A stretch of 61,456 nt of DNA, filler included, from Globobulimina sp. (GCA_003354225.1; 18 parts of 18 records of this genome joined end to end with filler, not necessarily neighbours in it), one strand, 5' to 3'; shown: positions 44,939-58,640, numbered from the whole stretch's first letter. Notes: generated by a model not told the origin, from the letters alone. Numbers and translations are program-made.

Positions 44939-46867
44939 ATGGCAGCGGAAGCACCACAGACTGATGATATCAAGCACGAAAATCTAACAAACTCGCAACC
45001 AAATGGTTTCCTCACACCATTAAAACTATTATTTGATGCAAAAGCCCTTAATCTTCTCATTACCATTTTATCCAAAATCATTCAAGACCCACAAGACCAA
45101 AGAAGACAGTTTCGCTGCGTACCAAAAAAAAGCCAAATAAAATACTTTTTTATCTTGCCTCTACATACAATTATTACAGAGATTTAAATTACGAAACAGT
45201 CCATAAAAAACTCGGAGACTGTCCGGCAGCATTTGGTGTATTACATGCCATTGGATTTAAACAATATACCTCTGATAAAAGCGAACAACGCTTAAAACTT
45301 GAAATAACGGATAAAAATTTATCATTTATTAAATATGCGCATAGCGAACTTGTATACAAATATAGCGACAGATCCAGAGTCTACAGACAAGAGTTTGATT
45401 GCAAAGAGTTAATGAAAACACATCCGCCCGATTTTAGAGACGGTGCCAAACAGTTAATTTTCAAAACAATTTGTCCAAATTCGTACAATGATTGTTTTGG
45501 AACAATGGTATATGGCAGACATAAATTGGTAGAGCTGCCATTGGCCATTGTCGACCCCACGGATTTTGTTAAAAATAGCTTAAAAATACAATCAAATATA
45601 TTCGAATATGCGAGTAATACACCGGATGCGATTCATTTTTATGTCAACTTTGCCGATCATAATTTGTTTGGTTTTTACCGAGGCTCATTATTCGCACAAG
45701 ACGAGATTATGACAACTGAGCATCCGATATTAGGCTCTTTGAGGCGAAAATTGGTTCAATCGTACCATTCTACCAAGGATACGGTATGCCACTCTGCAGC
45801 AAATTGTTTTTTTTTATTGACAGATATGTTAATTATATGTACACTGTACAGACAAAATTGGTGCCAAAATGTGACGGCAGTGTGATTATTTTGAACGCGC
45901 TTAAACATGGCCATTTTAGTCAGGATAATTTAAATAAAATCTATGGAAATCGGTTCCGAATGTCGAGCGATCAGACGATATTGCAATGTTTGGATGTTTG
46001 TAAGCCGCCCATTGTGGATAATATTATATGCATCGCGTCCATAATGGGCAGAGCCAGTAAGTATAAAAGAGAACAAATTCAAAGGATATTGAGGTATACT
46101 GTATATTCAATGTATTTTTTTTTATGTTTTTGTTACTTATATATTTATTTTGTAGGACAGCATATTGTGGGTTTAATGGGGCAAAATGTGAGGCAATGTA
46201 TCAGACATTAAAAAGGTTAAGAAATCCAAATAACGCATGTTCAATTTCTGAATGTAATCATGATCAATTACTCTGGATATTGGCCAATGATACATTGAAA
46301 GAAGGAAAATTGTTGGAAGAAAAGCAAGTGTTTTTAGGATATTTTCAGGATAACAAAATTAGTGGAAAGGGTATACTGCAGATGAATAGAAAAGAATTTT
46401 GTGCAGCAATCGTGGAATATGGTGGAAATAGGAGAAATTTGAACGGTCCGTCTATGAAATTATATCGCGCATTGAAACGGTACGGTGATTTAACCGAAAC
46501 TGCAATATTTAATGGATACGAAGCAAAGGAATCTAATGATGATGAAAAGAAAGAAAATGGTAAAAAGGAAGGGAGGATGAAAAAGGTTGTTGTTCATACA
46601 GGGAATTGGGGCTGCGGTGCGTTTGGAGGTAATGTCGAATTGCATGCAATATTGCAGGTGGTAGCGGGGGTGGCAGCAGGTGTGGATGAGATGTATTATC
46701 ATGCAGTTAATGATAAAGCAATGGTTCAAGTGGTGGCGGGATGCGATGTTTTATTGACTGAGATAATTCCAAATTGTAAGGATAAAAAAGGAAAAATTAA
46801 AAGAGATTTATTGATGGCGGAGTTGGTGAAAAAGGGATATCATTGGGGGACGCCCAATGGGACATAA
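44939..46867 (+). CDS. PUB-like domain fused to a PARG-like macrodomain (3 introns)
   Basis: ILSKIIQDP...VLHAIGF (PUB-like); YVNFAD..LFG.Y..SLFAQDEI...EHP and HTGNWGCGAFGGN (PARG-like). Introns about 45109-45179, 45784-45851, 46094-46156. Confidence 0.8.
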
Positions 46868-47001
46868 TTATGTTTAAGTTTGTGTGTCTTAATTAATAAA
46901 TGTAGAGTGCCTGTGAAATTTGTTAAAAATACTTTGAACTTTGAGAAATAAGATAAATAGCTCGGTGCACAACGCCTTTTTGTACGAATACTATATTATA
47001 G

Positions 47002-47787
47002 TCATAATTTTTGAATTGTAAATGAATTCCAATTGGCACTTGTTGTGTGCATACAAGTGCAATGGAACACAATTTTATCATCTTTTTTAAGCTCAAAAAC
47101 ATTATCAATGCCACCAAATCCACCTGGACGGCTAGAAAAACGATCAGCTACAACATTTCCATTTAATTTAATTTGAAATCGATCAGCAGTACACCCAGTA
47201 TTATATGTTGAGTAATTCAATTCCGCACAAATCCGATAAACACCCGATATTCCAATCACCACAGTTTTTTTATCATCGGAAAGCTTTACCATTCCTTTTA
47301 ATGTCGGGGCAATATGTACAATATCAAGTGGGCTGTATTCAAATGTATTACATTCCACATTTCATTCGTGCAAAGCAAATACAACTTAACATAGCACCGC
47401 TTTTTGCACTACTTCGTTTCCAAACAGCAATACCATTTTTGCTATGTCTCAATAGTTTGAGTTGATCAATCTCATCTTGCAGATCAGCAATAATATCCCG
47501 TAATATATCAGTTTCATTTCGTTCTGTTTGTCACAAGTGTATATTATATAATATATATCACACAACATTAAGTTACATAACTTTGTTCCAATAATTTAAA
47601 TACATATTCAGCGCAAAACCATGATTGATCAATCGATACAAATACATATAACGCATATCCTTTTTCATACGATTTTGATAATTGATCAGGTGATACTGTT
47701 TTGGTGTTTTCAGCATCACCAAAACGAATTTGAAATGTTAACTGAGATTGCGATCCTGATTTTGCTGTTTCTAACATATTTATGATT
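47002..47787 (-). CDS. Multi-exon protein ending in a C1q/TNF-like beta-sandwich, 5' truncated
   Basis: SGVYRI, IKLNGNVV and FELKKDDKI pattern; upstream coiled segment. Confidence 0.5.
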
Positions 47788-47887
47788 NNNNNNNNNNNNN
47801 NNNNNNNNNNNNNNNNNNNNNNNNNNNNNNNTTAATTAATTAANNNNNNNNNNNNNNNNNNNNNNNNNNNNNNNNNNNNNNNNNNNN

Positions 47888-48521
47888 ATTTGGATACAAT
47901 CATTTCACATTGCTTTGATTCATCTATTTTGTGTTTAACATGATTGAATTCCGCAATTCTGAGCATAGCTATAATAAAACTGCAAGCTACAGACAGTGCT
48001 CCTAAACCAAAGAAAAATTGCCTCCAAACAGCAAATTCATCGAATAAAAATGCTTGGATCACGCCACCAATTAAGACGCCACAATATGCCAAGCCGCTAA
48101 TTAGTGCTATAGTAACTGCTAAATGTTTATTGCCAAATCTTATGTATGCGTCACTGACAGCGCCTAAAAGTAGAGGTCCTATAAATATGCCAGCACCAAA
48201 TTGTATGACATTTAGCAATGTCAAATTGGATGCAAAGCAAAATAGTATGCTGCACAAACCAAAAGCAAACCAACTAACGGCTAAAATAAAAGTTGAACTA
48301 TAGATTTCTAATAATAAACCGGAAGGAATTTGCATGAATGAATAACCAATATATAAACTGGTTGACAGTAATCCAATTCCGGAAGCTGTTGTATTTAAAT
48401 CGTCTTGCAATGCATCAGTGATTGGCGACAATGATCCACGATAAGTAAAACCGAATGTATATCCCAACGAACAAATTGCAAGGGATATGTAGTCATAACA
48501 AGTAAAAGTACTGCGTGACAT
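47888..48521 (-). CDS. MFS transporter, 3' truncated
   Basis: YRGSLSPITDALQDDL...GLLST..Y.GY..MQIPSGLLLE; six TM helices visible. Confidence 0.85.
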
Positions 48522-48656
48522 GGAGAGCTTCCCCAAATTTCGAAAAACGTAATAAAAATACCTGCGACTGGACAATAAATATACTAAAAATATAAATGAA
48601 AACTAAAGTAACCCACACCATACAAATTAAAATTAAAAAAAGAAAAATTAACGACT

Positions 48657-51205
48657 TTATAAGTTTATTTTTGATGACATTGTATTTTCATATTTATCTG
48701 CATATAAAGTCTCAACATTTTTTATAAATTTAAATATTTCAGCAACTGCAGTTGGGTCAACTTCAAAACCATTGTTAATAATCACAGCCTTATTATCTTC
48801 ACCGCCGACACCACCGCCAATCCCCACATTTTGCTCTTTAACAATATCAATTTTGTGCATACTCAACTTCTCTGTGGATAAACCATATAACTTTCCCATT
48901 TGCTGAATGAATTTGCCATTTGTATTTTTATTAAATGTGTGTGAGTCTGAAGTGGACACTACGCCGTTAATAAATAACTCATTCTTTCCATCATCAAATG
49001 TTACTTTAACAACATCGCAATGCTTAAAATCAGATTGCAACAATTTTGAAACAGCAATTTTAACACCGAAATGATGATATTGTTTGTGTTTAATTTGTTT
49101 AATATCACCATCAACATCCTTATCAGAGCTAAGTTTGACAATAATCTGAAATGGACGCATTGTTTGTATATTATAGTTGTGATATTTTTGTTTGAATATA
49201 TACTCAATAATAGATGATAAAAAAGTAAGTATCGATATTAAAATTGAGATAATAATCACAAAATCCCTATCACTAAAAAATATTATCCACGCAGTTTGTA
49301 TTAAAATTTGAGGCACGGTTTCCATTAATATGAAATATTTGATCTTAAATGACAACAATTCTCCATAATCGCCGTAATGCAAAGGCGCTAAAAACTGCCT
49401 TAACCCAAAAGCTCGGCATGCGGAGAAAGCAAATGTGTGATATAAACTTCCTGATAAAAGTAAAAGAAATATAAAGAATTTAATATTGATGGTTCTCATC
49501 CATTTCTCAACGAATTCATTCAAAATATTTGATTTTCTTATTTGAAACAAAAGGATAACATTTACGACTCGCGGTAATAATATAAATGTGATTGATAACG
49601 ACGCCATGATAGTATTTATAAAATTGATTTGTTTTTTTAAAATGCCATAAATAAATAAGAGATCCGTATATATATCAATGAGTTGTAAACCATATGAAAA
49701 TATTTTGCATGTTTTTAGATAATCAACGGAATGAAATGGATATGTATACATTGTGTTATTCTGACAACAAGATTTGGAGGAACATGTTTTATGAATGCAA
49801 CCCAAAAAAATAAAGAAAAATAAAAAAAAAATAGCAGGTAATACATAAATGGAGTTTGGAAAACTCGTCGATTTCATTGTAACAAAATATGTTGGATTCT
49901 TTGTTGGATTCTTTGTTGGACTCATTGTCGGAAATAACGTGCTGAATAAGCTAGTAATGTCCGTTGATGGTTTGGTGGGAAATGCTGTTGGGTTATACGT
50001 AGTTGTTTGGCTGTATATAGTTGGTGGATTTGTTGGATTGTATGTAGTTATCGGAGAGTATGAAGGTGTTTCTGTTGAATTGAGTGTTCTCACAATTCCG
50101 CGTAAATACACATTGTCAAAATAACACGAATCATGACTCTGGATACTATCGCCATGGGTTACAAGCCGGATATGTATATTGATGGTGGTTGGAGCTGGTG
50201 ACGGAAAAGTAAGTATTTCATTGTCATATAATCCATTTGCAAAATTGCCACCAAACTGAGTCAACGAATTATTGTCATAACCGTACCAAACTTGGCAAGA
50301 ATCACTGCCTTCTAAACCATCCCCATAGAGGTCAAATTGTATTTGAATATGAGAGTACGCTGCAATATTTGTTTCTTTTTCTATCCAACTGTCGCCATAA
50401 TATGCGTTGATTTTTGCGCAATCACCGTCAAAACAACGAGCTGATGTTCGAGGTAATGATACATCATTATGTATAGACCAATCATTATTTGCGCTCATGT
50501 CATCATACCATATGTCCACATATTGGCTGTATGTAATTGGCTGATTTGTTGGGTTGTATATCGTTGTCGGGCTGTATGTGGTCGTTGGCCTGTATGTAGT
50601 CATTGGGCTGTATGTGTTATTTGGAAATGTAATTCTAACCGATTTATATATTGCCGTTCCTTGCCATGTCATTAAACCGATGCTTCCGGAACTAAATACC
50701 CCGTGATTCATTGTAAAAAAATACTCATTATTTACATAAACAGCAAACGAAGCAGACACTGCTTCAATTCGCAATGTAGTGTCTGTATTATAATCGATTT
50801 GAGTCTGTTGAGTGTTCAACATTGTCCAACGTGGATTGATTACGCCGCAAATAACTGTTTTTTAAATAGCGAAATAAAAAAATATATGCCATGTCTGTAC
50901 ATATATACCTCCGTCAGTTGGGTTTACAGTGCAGGAATAATATGCGAACTCAGCGTGTGCACGAAATATAAGTCCGGCTTCCTCGCCGGATTGCACATTC
51001 ACTACAATTTCTATTTCATAATCCGTCCAATCCATAGAGGTTGAATCTATATCACCTAACCAGGAAATCATTGAATTGCTCTCTGCCGAATAGCCCAAGC
51101 TTTGCTCGATGCGGCAATTGAACTCATCATAAGACCATACACCTCGAAGTACACTAAATCGATTGTCATAATCACAGAGATAATTAAATGGATTGATATA
51201 TGGAT
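48657..51205 (-). CDS. Large membrane protein: ConA-like beta ectodomains, PT stalk, multi-TM C-terminus; 5' truncated (intron 50855-50908)
   Basis: WTDYEIE...AGLIFRA and SGSIGL motifs; TTYSPT repeats; D+YTD..F and ET+PQ..+Q TM motifs. Confidence 0.7.
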
Positions 51206-51305
51206 NNNNNNNNNNNNNNNNNNNNNNNNNNNNNNNNNNNNNNNNNNNNTTAATTAATTAANNNNNNNNNNNNNNNNNNNNNNNNNNNNNNNNNNNNNNN
51301 NNNNN

Positions 51306-51670
51306 GGCGTTATTGGAGCAGCAAAATATTTCGGAGACCGGAGATAAAGCAACTTTTGTCAGCACTCTCTCCTTTAAAATTAGAATGTGATATAAATATA
51401 TTATCTGTGACAACGAATGATGGACAAACAATGTCGTTTGAAAATTGGAAAAAATATTTTATGGCCAATGTATTGGGTAATTCTGAAAAATATGGAATAA
51501 GGGATTATGAAAAATTGTTTGGTTTAAAGGACAATTTGGATGAAAAACTGAACGATGAGGTCGAACAGCACATTGTTGATACATTGAGAGACGAAAAGAA
51601 TGCACAAAATAATAATGAAGAAAAACAGGAAATTGATAACAAAATGAATGAGGAAACAAATGGAATGTAG
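51306..51670 (+). CDS. Hypothetical C-terminal fragment
   Basis: Frame open from the contig start to 51670. Confidence 0.45.
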
Positions 51671-51846
51671 TGCAAAAACAACGTGATATGAATCAACAGG
51701 AAGGATTTCAAGATATCGATGCAAATGCAATCAACACAGACTATAATTATTAAATGAAAACACATTCTGTAATAAATGCAACCTTCATTCTGTAATAAAT
51801 TTTGAAACAGAATGGAACGGATTAATTTTAATTTTCTTTTTATGAT

Positions 51847-52770
51847 TTAAATTACTTTCACATTGAAACCAAACACATTTTGTAATAAATGCAACCTACA
51901 AATTGAAAACGAATCAATAATCCCGCCCGAAATGCCAGTTTCTACGATTACTGTTGGTAACCAACCACCGATATTTGTTTGTAACATATATTGAATTTTA
52001 CACCATTCCAATGCTGTTTGTGACTGCGACACCATCAATTTTGGAATATTAACATTTGCTGTTTTTGACCCATCCAATAAAGTAATCCTTTGTGCATATA
52101 AAGTGTTATCAGCAACGACAAAACCTTTTTTCTGTGCAAATATTTCTTCAAATTGTATACTTTTGGAAGCGATTTCAATTGCAATATCACCTCTTTTTTC
52201 ATCCAATATCCAATGTTGTATTAAATCCGTAAATGAACGCGGCGATATTAGGCCGCCAACAGCCGATTTTGTTTTATTATTTACGACATATAGACCGGTT
52301 TTATTATCACCGTATAACTGATGTGTGTCATGTGACGCAATTTGCGAATCCCATTGTAAACGATATTTTGATTGAGCCCAATGTTTATAAAATTCATTTG
52401 GTTTTCCAGGCATAAAAGTTTCAAGATACCATATTGTTGGCTCGTTCTTATATGCTTTACTATAACTTACTGTCGTTTCAATATTAAATATTTTATTATC
52501 TATTGTATATTTAATTTGTGACGATTTTGATAATCTAAAATTTAATGATGCCATATCATTTAATATGCTTTTAAATCGCGTCCGTCTTTCACTGGTTATT
52601 GCAAAATACTTTGCATATTTTTTTTCTGCTTTTTTTTCTTCATTATCTTTTAATTCTTGTTTTTCGTCAGAATTTTGAGCTTTTGCAATGGTGTCATCGA
52701 CGCTTTGTTGTTTTAAATCTTTATCATCCGATACCGATACATTATTACAAATGTCTTGTGCGTTGTTCAT
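51847..52770 (-). CDS. START lipid-binding domain protein
   Basis: R.QWD, AVGGLISPRSFTD, KGFVVA.N, QTNIGGWLP. Confidence 0.88.
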   Translation of the reverse strand: MNNAQDICNNVSVSDDKDLKQQSVDDTIAKAQNSDEKQELKDNEEKKAEKKYAKYFAITSERRTRFKSILNDMASLNFRLSKSSQIKYTIDNKIFNIETTVSYSKAYKNEPTIWYLETFMPGKPNEFYKHWAQSKYRLQWDSQIASHDTHQLYGDNKTGLYVVNNKTKSAVGGLISPRSFTDLIQHWILDEKRGDIAIEIASKSIQFEEIFAQKKGFVVADNTLYAQRITLLDGSKTANVNIPKLMVSQSQTALEWCKIQYMLQTNIGGWLPTVIVETGISGGIIDSFSICRLHLLQNVFGFNVKVI

Positions 52771-52970
52771 TAATGTTGATGTTTTTTCTTTGTGGCGAAA
52801 AACTTTGTTTCTCTTATAAACGCAAGTCAGTGCATAGAGGCATAGAGAAATAGAGAAGGTAGGAATCGACGTAAGGAAGGAACTGAAGTACGTATGCTAC
52901 AAAAAACAATATAAAAGCAACCATATTGCATATGATATACATGATATTGATAGGGAGAATAGAATAAAAA

Positions 52971-53723
52971 ATGGCATATACTCAACGCCGGCAGTTAATC
53001 TGTTATGCATGTAATGAGCCTGGTCATTTTGCAAGAGACTGTCCGCATGATGAGGATCGAGGATATGGTGATGATGGAGGATATGGAGGAGGTCGCTCAC
53101 CATACAGACGAGGGAGAGGGAGAGGAAGAGGAGGTTTTCGAGGGGGAGGAAGAGGCAGAGGTTCAAGAGGTAGAGGCGGAGCACCATACAGAGGTGGAAG
53201 GGGTATGGAAAGAGAAAGAGGAGGCTTTGGAGGCGGTGGAAGGGGCAGATTTAGAGGAGGCGGGTATAGAGGCGGTGGATATGGAGGTGGTGGATATGGA
53301 GGCGGTGGATATGAAGACGGTGGATATGGAGGTGGTGGAAGAGGTAGTTTCAGAGGCCGTGGGAGAGGGAGAGGGAGAGGCCGAGGCCGAGGGTTTCGAC
53401 CACGCAGATATTATAATACAAGGCGATATTATGAGGAATCGGATGATGTATCGGATGGTCGTAATGATGACGAGTGTCATCGTTGTGGTGAATATGGTCA
53501 CTGGGCCAGAGATTGTCCGGATAAAAAAAGGGAATTGATGGAGAAATTCGGAGATAAATGCAATCGGTGTGGGGGCCGTGGACATTGGGCAAGGGATTGC
53601 CAGTCCAAACAAGGGACATCGAAACAGGAATTCTTATTTCGTAAACATGGCGATCGGTGTAATCGGTGTGGAAAAACTGGACATTGGGCGAGAGATTGTA
53701 ATCAACCGAGAGATGATTATTAG
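52971..53723 (+). CDS. CCHC zinc-knuckle / RGG RNA-binding protein (CNBP-like)
   Basis: Four Cx2Cx4Hx4C knuckles (GHF/WARDC) flanking a long RGG/YGG tract. Confidence 0.92.
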   Translation: MAYTQRRQLICYACNEPGHFARDCPHDEDRGYGDDGGYGGGRSPYRRGRGRGRGGFRGGGRGRGSRGRGGAPYRGGRGMERERGGFGGGGRGRFRGGGYRGGGYGGGGYGGGGYEDGGYGGGGRGSFRGRGRGRGRGRGRGFRPRRYYNTRRYYEESDDVSDGRNDDECHRCGEYGHWARDCPDKKRELMEKFGDKCNRCGGRGHWARDCQSKQGTSKQEFLFRKHGDRCNRCGKTGHWARDCNQPRDDY

Positions 53724-54163
53724 GGGTAATTGACTGTATTTTCTTTTATTTTCTATATTATACTAATTGCGTAATAATGCGTATATTATTACCTGCATTC
53801 CTTTAATTTGCATTTGTAATTTAATATTAATTGTTTTTTTTCGTGTTTATTATTTATAGGATGTGGTTGATAACTTTAAAATAAATATTTTGTAATAAAA
53901 AGTAAAATTGTAACACGAGAGTGTCGATCGAGTGTAATATGAAAGTATCATATCATTCATATATGTAATATGAGAGTAATACGACAGCAACAAATGTAAT
54001 ATGAGATTTATTTGTATTTGTTTTCAGTGCAAGGATTTGTTTTTGCAATATTTTCAGTAGAAATGCGTTATTTCGATCTTATTTTTTTTTCTTCAAAACT
54101 TATCAAGGATCTCTCCCATTTTACTCAGTAACAAAGTTTTTGAATAATGAGAACTTAGGAATA

Positions 54164-54622
54164 ATGGCAGCGTATACAAGACACTCCCGTAAAAAACGCG
54201 ATTCCCAACAATATATAGTCGACGATTTAACAAAATGTCGTGGCTTAACACAAGAAGAACTCGATGAAGATTTAAAATTATTGAAATTAGCAGAATACAC
54301 CACACCATCCACCAAATATAAAATATCCAATCCAATAATCTCAAAATCAAAACGCGAACTAATTACATCCATCTATGATAAAAAAAACATTTCCTCCGAT
54401 TTAGCCAAAACAAACAACCAATTAATATTTGAACTAAACTCTTTAAAAAAGCAAATGTCATTTATGCAGAACGAGATCATCCACAACAAGACACAAATCG
54501 AAATCTCACAATTCCAAAAAGAAATTGTCTCAAAACAGTTTGAAGTCATTAAAGATCACAAAAATAAGCAAATTGAGTCATTAAATGACTATAATATTCA
54601 GTGTAAATCATCCATTTTAAAA
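54164..54622 (+). CDS. Coiled-coil hypothetical protein, 3' truncated
   Basis: Open frame to the contig end with a heptad-like K/Q/E-rich segment. Confidence 0.5.
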
Positions 54623-54722
54623 NNNNNNNNNNNNNNNNNNNNNNNNNNNNNNNNNNNNNNNNNNNNTTAATTAATTAANNNNNNNNNNNNNNNNNNNNNN
54701 NNNNNNNNNNNNNNNNNNNNNN

Positions 54723-54914
54723 ACGGAAATTTCCATACAATAGAGCCTCAAACACTGGACTTATGTTTGCCAATAAACCACGCAATCCAAACATGCGACT
54801 TCTGTCTTTGCCAACAATAAACACGTCATCACAATATTTCTCACTGCTTATTGCTTGTTCGATCCATTTGGTTTGTACCGATCGAAAGTCCTCAGAAGCC
54901 ATCACTTCATTCAC
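54723..54914 (-). CDS. BTB/POZ domain protein, N-terminal fragment
   Basis: YCDDVFIVG....FGLRGLLANISPVFEALLYGNF. Confidence 0.8.
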
Positions 54915-54967
54915 TTGCCCGCAATGCCGTTGACACGGTGTTGTTGAAAATAAATTACTTTGAAATC

Positions 54968-57900
54968 ATGGCGTCGCGTGTAGTAGCTCGCCATTTACAA
55001 GATTTACATAAACATTTTGCAACAGATTCATTGGATGCTCCAGGAGAGGCTCAACAAACAATAAAAAACCTGAATGACATCGTCTCAGCTAATCTTACAA
55101 ACGAAGAACAAGGTTGTGTGCTTTTATTGCATTGAGCTAGGATCTGAATTTAGTTTATAATGAATAATGATATGTATATGATATGTTTAATACAGATTTA
55201 TGCTCTTCAATGTTATTTGAACCATCTGAATCATCTCCAGATATATTAACAGAATTTGTTGATTCATTAATTGACAAAAGATATGCAATGGTTCGATGGA
55301 ATATTATTAAATTAATCATAGTTTAGATATTTTTTGTTGTTGAATAATTGCAAAATACAATTAACAAAAACACCGAAACACAAAACCAAACAGAATTACA
55401 TTGATCACATTGAACAAAACATTGCTTTGTATGCATGGAGAATACAGGTAACAATGATGAAGTGCATAAATACGGATCATTCTGATCGATCCAAATCGGA
55501 AGCTTTAAAATGTTTGGACAAATTATATTCACTAAATTCATTGGAACTGCATTTACCAACAAACAACAACCATATCAATGCTAGATCAGAGGCAGATGAT
55601 GATAATGATATAAAAATGAATAATATTATCAATGAACACGCCATTATGTCCATCGAAAATACAATCAATACATTGTACAATTTGCTACGTTTAGGAGTGA
55701 GTAAATTGAGACCAACAGTCCGTGGCGGAATATTGAGATTGTTGGGTATTTTAAGCAATCGATATCCATCAAAATTCAGTCAACAAAATTTAGATCGATT
55801 AAGCAAGAAATATACAAAACATATTTATGCAGCACGTAAATCACCATCGAAGTTAAACGCTGGTTTAGTCAGTGGCTGTTTAAGTGGATTACAATATTTT
55901 TTGAATGAACACTGCGATTTTATTCCATTGCGACCCAATGCAAACAATAAGAATAATCAGCATAATATGCTTACTATTTTTAAAGTGATAATGCTGGCAA
56001 TACAGAATGTCAATAATGAGTCCAGATATAATATGGTTACTTCATCATTAGACTTATTATCCACTCATTCTTTCATATTTGTACCGTTTATATTTCAGCT
56101 GATAAGCATTACCTCGAAATACAAAAACAAAACTGAATATAGCAAAAATAAAAATGATATCTTGCAGTTAGTGTTGGATTTAAGCATAAATCACCATAAT
56201 TTTGTTGTATCATTGGCAGGAATTAGCTGCATTGAATCGCTCCTCTCATCAATAACCAGTCAGTTGTTAGTAACACAAAATGATTCAAACAAGAAAATAT
56301 ATAAAATGTTAGTTTCTATATTTAATGGATTGTTAACTAATGCCGTCCATTCAAAATCAACTTATGCAAACAAACAAATATCGATTGCAATCCGAGCATT
56401 CGGTCAGTTATCTTCGACCATTAATATGTATGCACCAAATCGTAACGCTTTAAAAGGTTTTCTAAAAGATTTAGTCTGTGTTTGTAAGAAGGTATTTCAA
56501 AGTGATGCTGAGAGCGACGGCAAAGATAATAATAAATCGAGACAATTTCCATCATTTTTATCTGCTTTCTCGAGCATAATATATTGTATAGACTTTGTGG
56601 ATGACGCAGTGATCGATGAGTTAGCTTTGATGATAAATATGATATATATTAGTTATCCAGCGATGGGGAATAAAGTAAGGAGACAATTGTACGAATCAAT
56701 GATTCGATTATTTGTTGTTTTATATATTAAAGGTAATATATTCAATAAATTATTGGAAATTATAATATATAAAGGCTTGACTTATTCCATCACAACTTTG
56801 GAAGAGAATATGTCTGGATATAGCAGCATAAAAACTGGCCATGGTTATCGAGTAAGACATTGTTATGAAGAATATTATTATTTTTGGAGTGGTTTACTAT
56901 TGGATGAGAAGGAGGATATTTTCGCATGGAATAAAGGATTAAATATTGGCATGCAACAAACACAAAAATATTTGTTTGAAATGAGATCACTATTATTTGC
57001 ATCCATTATTAATCAAAAAATGAAAATATTAAAACAGTTTAATTTAAGATATGTTTTCTCCGACGCAGATAACACGACATTGCAAATGATGATGAATAAC
57101 ATTACAAACCACGCTAAATTGGAGAATGCAAATGATATGGAATTATTTTTGAATTATACTCAATTTATTCAGATGTTTTTAAATAAGATATGTAGACAGT
57201 ATTTAGTAAATAAGTACAAAAGAAAGAAGAGAATCAATCCATATTTTATACAGTTTCAATCGTGGAACATGTTGTTTATTGAAACAGTGATTGAAATATC
57301 AAATACAAATCCTACGATTTCTGGTTTATATAAAATATTAAAAACAATATTTTCTTTATGGACAACGTCAAATTTTAAACAGCAAAATGACGAATTCAAA
57401 AATGATGATGAAGAGGAAGAGGCAGAAGAAGATATTTTAATGTTGGAACATGATGAATTGCAAAGAAATAGGAGTGAGAATAAAACAGTTAAATTAGATT
57501 CTTTTCATAAATCATTAATTCGACATTTTATTGGTGAATGTTTATCGAAACTGCAAACGTTTACAGACGAGCTGCTATATTCTGTGATTACGTTATTATT
57601 AAATATTCCAACCTCATTATTGTCCATAAAAGATATTATTCCTGCTCTAGTTAAAGCGCTTAAAATTGGTTTAACTCATATCGTCGCTGCTGAATTAGCT
57701 GTAAATACATTAGAAAAATGGTGTGATGAATATTTTCATCAAATAAAGCAATATTTTAATATTATTCTACCGCATTTAGAGCCATATTTATTGATTACAA
57801 AAGAAACTGTGGCGGGAATATCAACCAATGATGATGATAAAGACGAGGATGAAGAAAAAAAAAGTATTGATCACGACCAAGATGATGACGATGACGAATC

Positions 57901-58039
57901 CGAAAGAAAATATGAATCAAAATCAAAATCAAAACCAAGCAGTGATAAATCAAATAATATGGATGATGAAAAAGGAGAATATTTACGTCAAAAAAGATTA
58001 ATTCGTCGGATATTATCTTTTTTAGGCAAATTAGGTGGA
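54968..58039 (+). CDS. PRKDC: DNA-dependent protein kinase catalytic subunit, N-terminal HEAT region (introns 55113-55195, 55321-55393)
   Basis: NKQISIAIRAFG, QFPSFL, PTISGLYKIL, DELL.S...LL..P, IPALVKALKIGL....AELAVNTLEKW, ILPHLEPYL and FLGKLGG are colinear with human DNA-PKcs. Confidence 0.9.
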
Positions 58040-58139
58040 NNNNNNNNNNNNNNNNNNNNNNNNNNNNNNNNNNNNNNNNNNNNTTAATTAATTAANNNNN
58101 NNNNNNNNNNNNNNNNNNNNNNNNNNNNNNNNNNNNNNN

Positions 58140-58443
58140 GCATATTTATACTGGTTTGTTTCTGTCAGAAATTGTTCTGTATCAATTTTGTTAATTTGTA
58201 CATAATATATATATATAATGTAGGAACGGACAGATTTTAAGATTTATCCCTGATGAGATTCGAGATGTTTTACCTAAATTATGGAATATGGAATGGAATG
58301 ATGGGGAGGAAATTGCAAAAGATACAAAGAGTAAAAATGAACAGTTTATTGAGAATACAAAAGAAATAGATAATTTGATTAAAATATTGAATGAAAAAAT
58401 GTGTGATAAACATTTTCGTAGTTTTCAACAAAGCTGTTATTAG
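58140..58443 (+). CDS. C-terminal fragment, paralog of the convergent gene
   Basis: Spliced AYLYW|NGQILRF...NEQFIENTKEIDNLI...DKHFRSF* parallels MYLYW|NGQIIRL...NEAFVNGKEIDELI...DKYYESF. Confidence 0.7.
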
Positions 58444-58640
58444 ATGCGATGTATAGTTGTACACAGAATATTTTTTTTGTTTCATCTTAGATTTTTAGAA
58501 ACCAACGTTTTATATCCTGTCTTAATTAAGTGTGTAACATGCACCACTAGCTACTATATTAACTAGCTAATATTACTATAATTATAAAATGAACAAAATA
58601 ATACATTTCAAACTATACAAACATGTGCAAATTTAGTTAT

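Noticed and set aside
41376..46867. ART plus PARG as a physically linked toxin-antitoxin-like pair
   Set aside because: A spacer at 44370-44469 separates them; contigs are ordered by length, so the proximity is coincidental.
53005..53619. Overlapping E/V-rich and S/T-rich ORFs
   Set aside because: Shadow frames of the GGA/AGA-rich RGG coding sequence.
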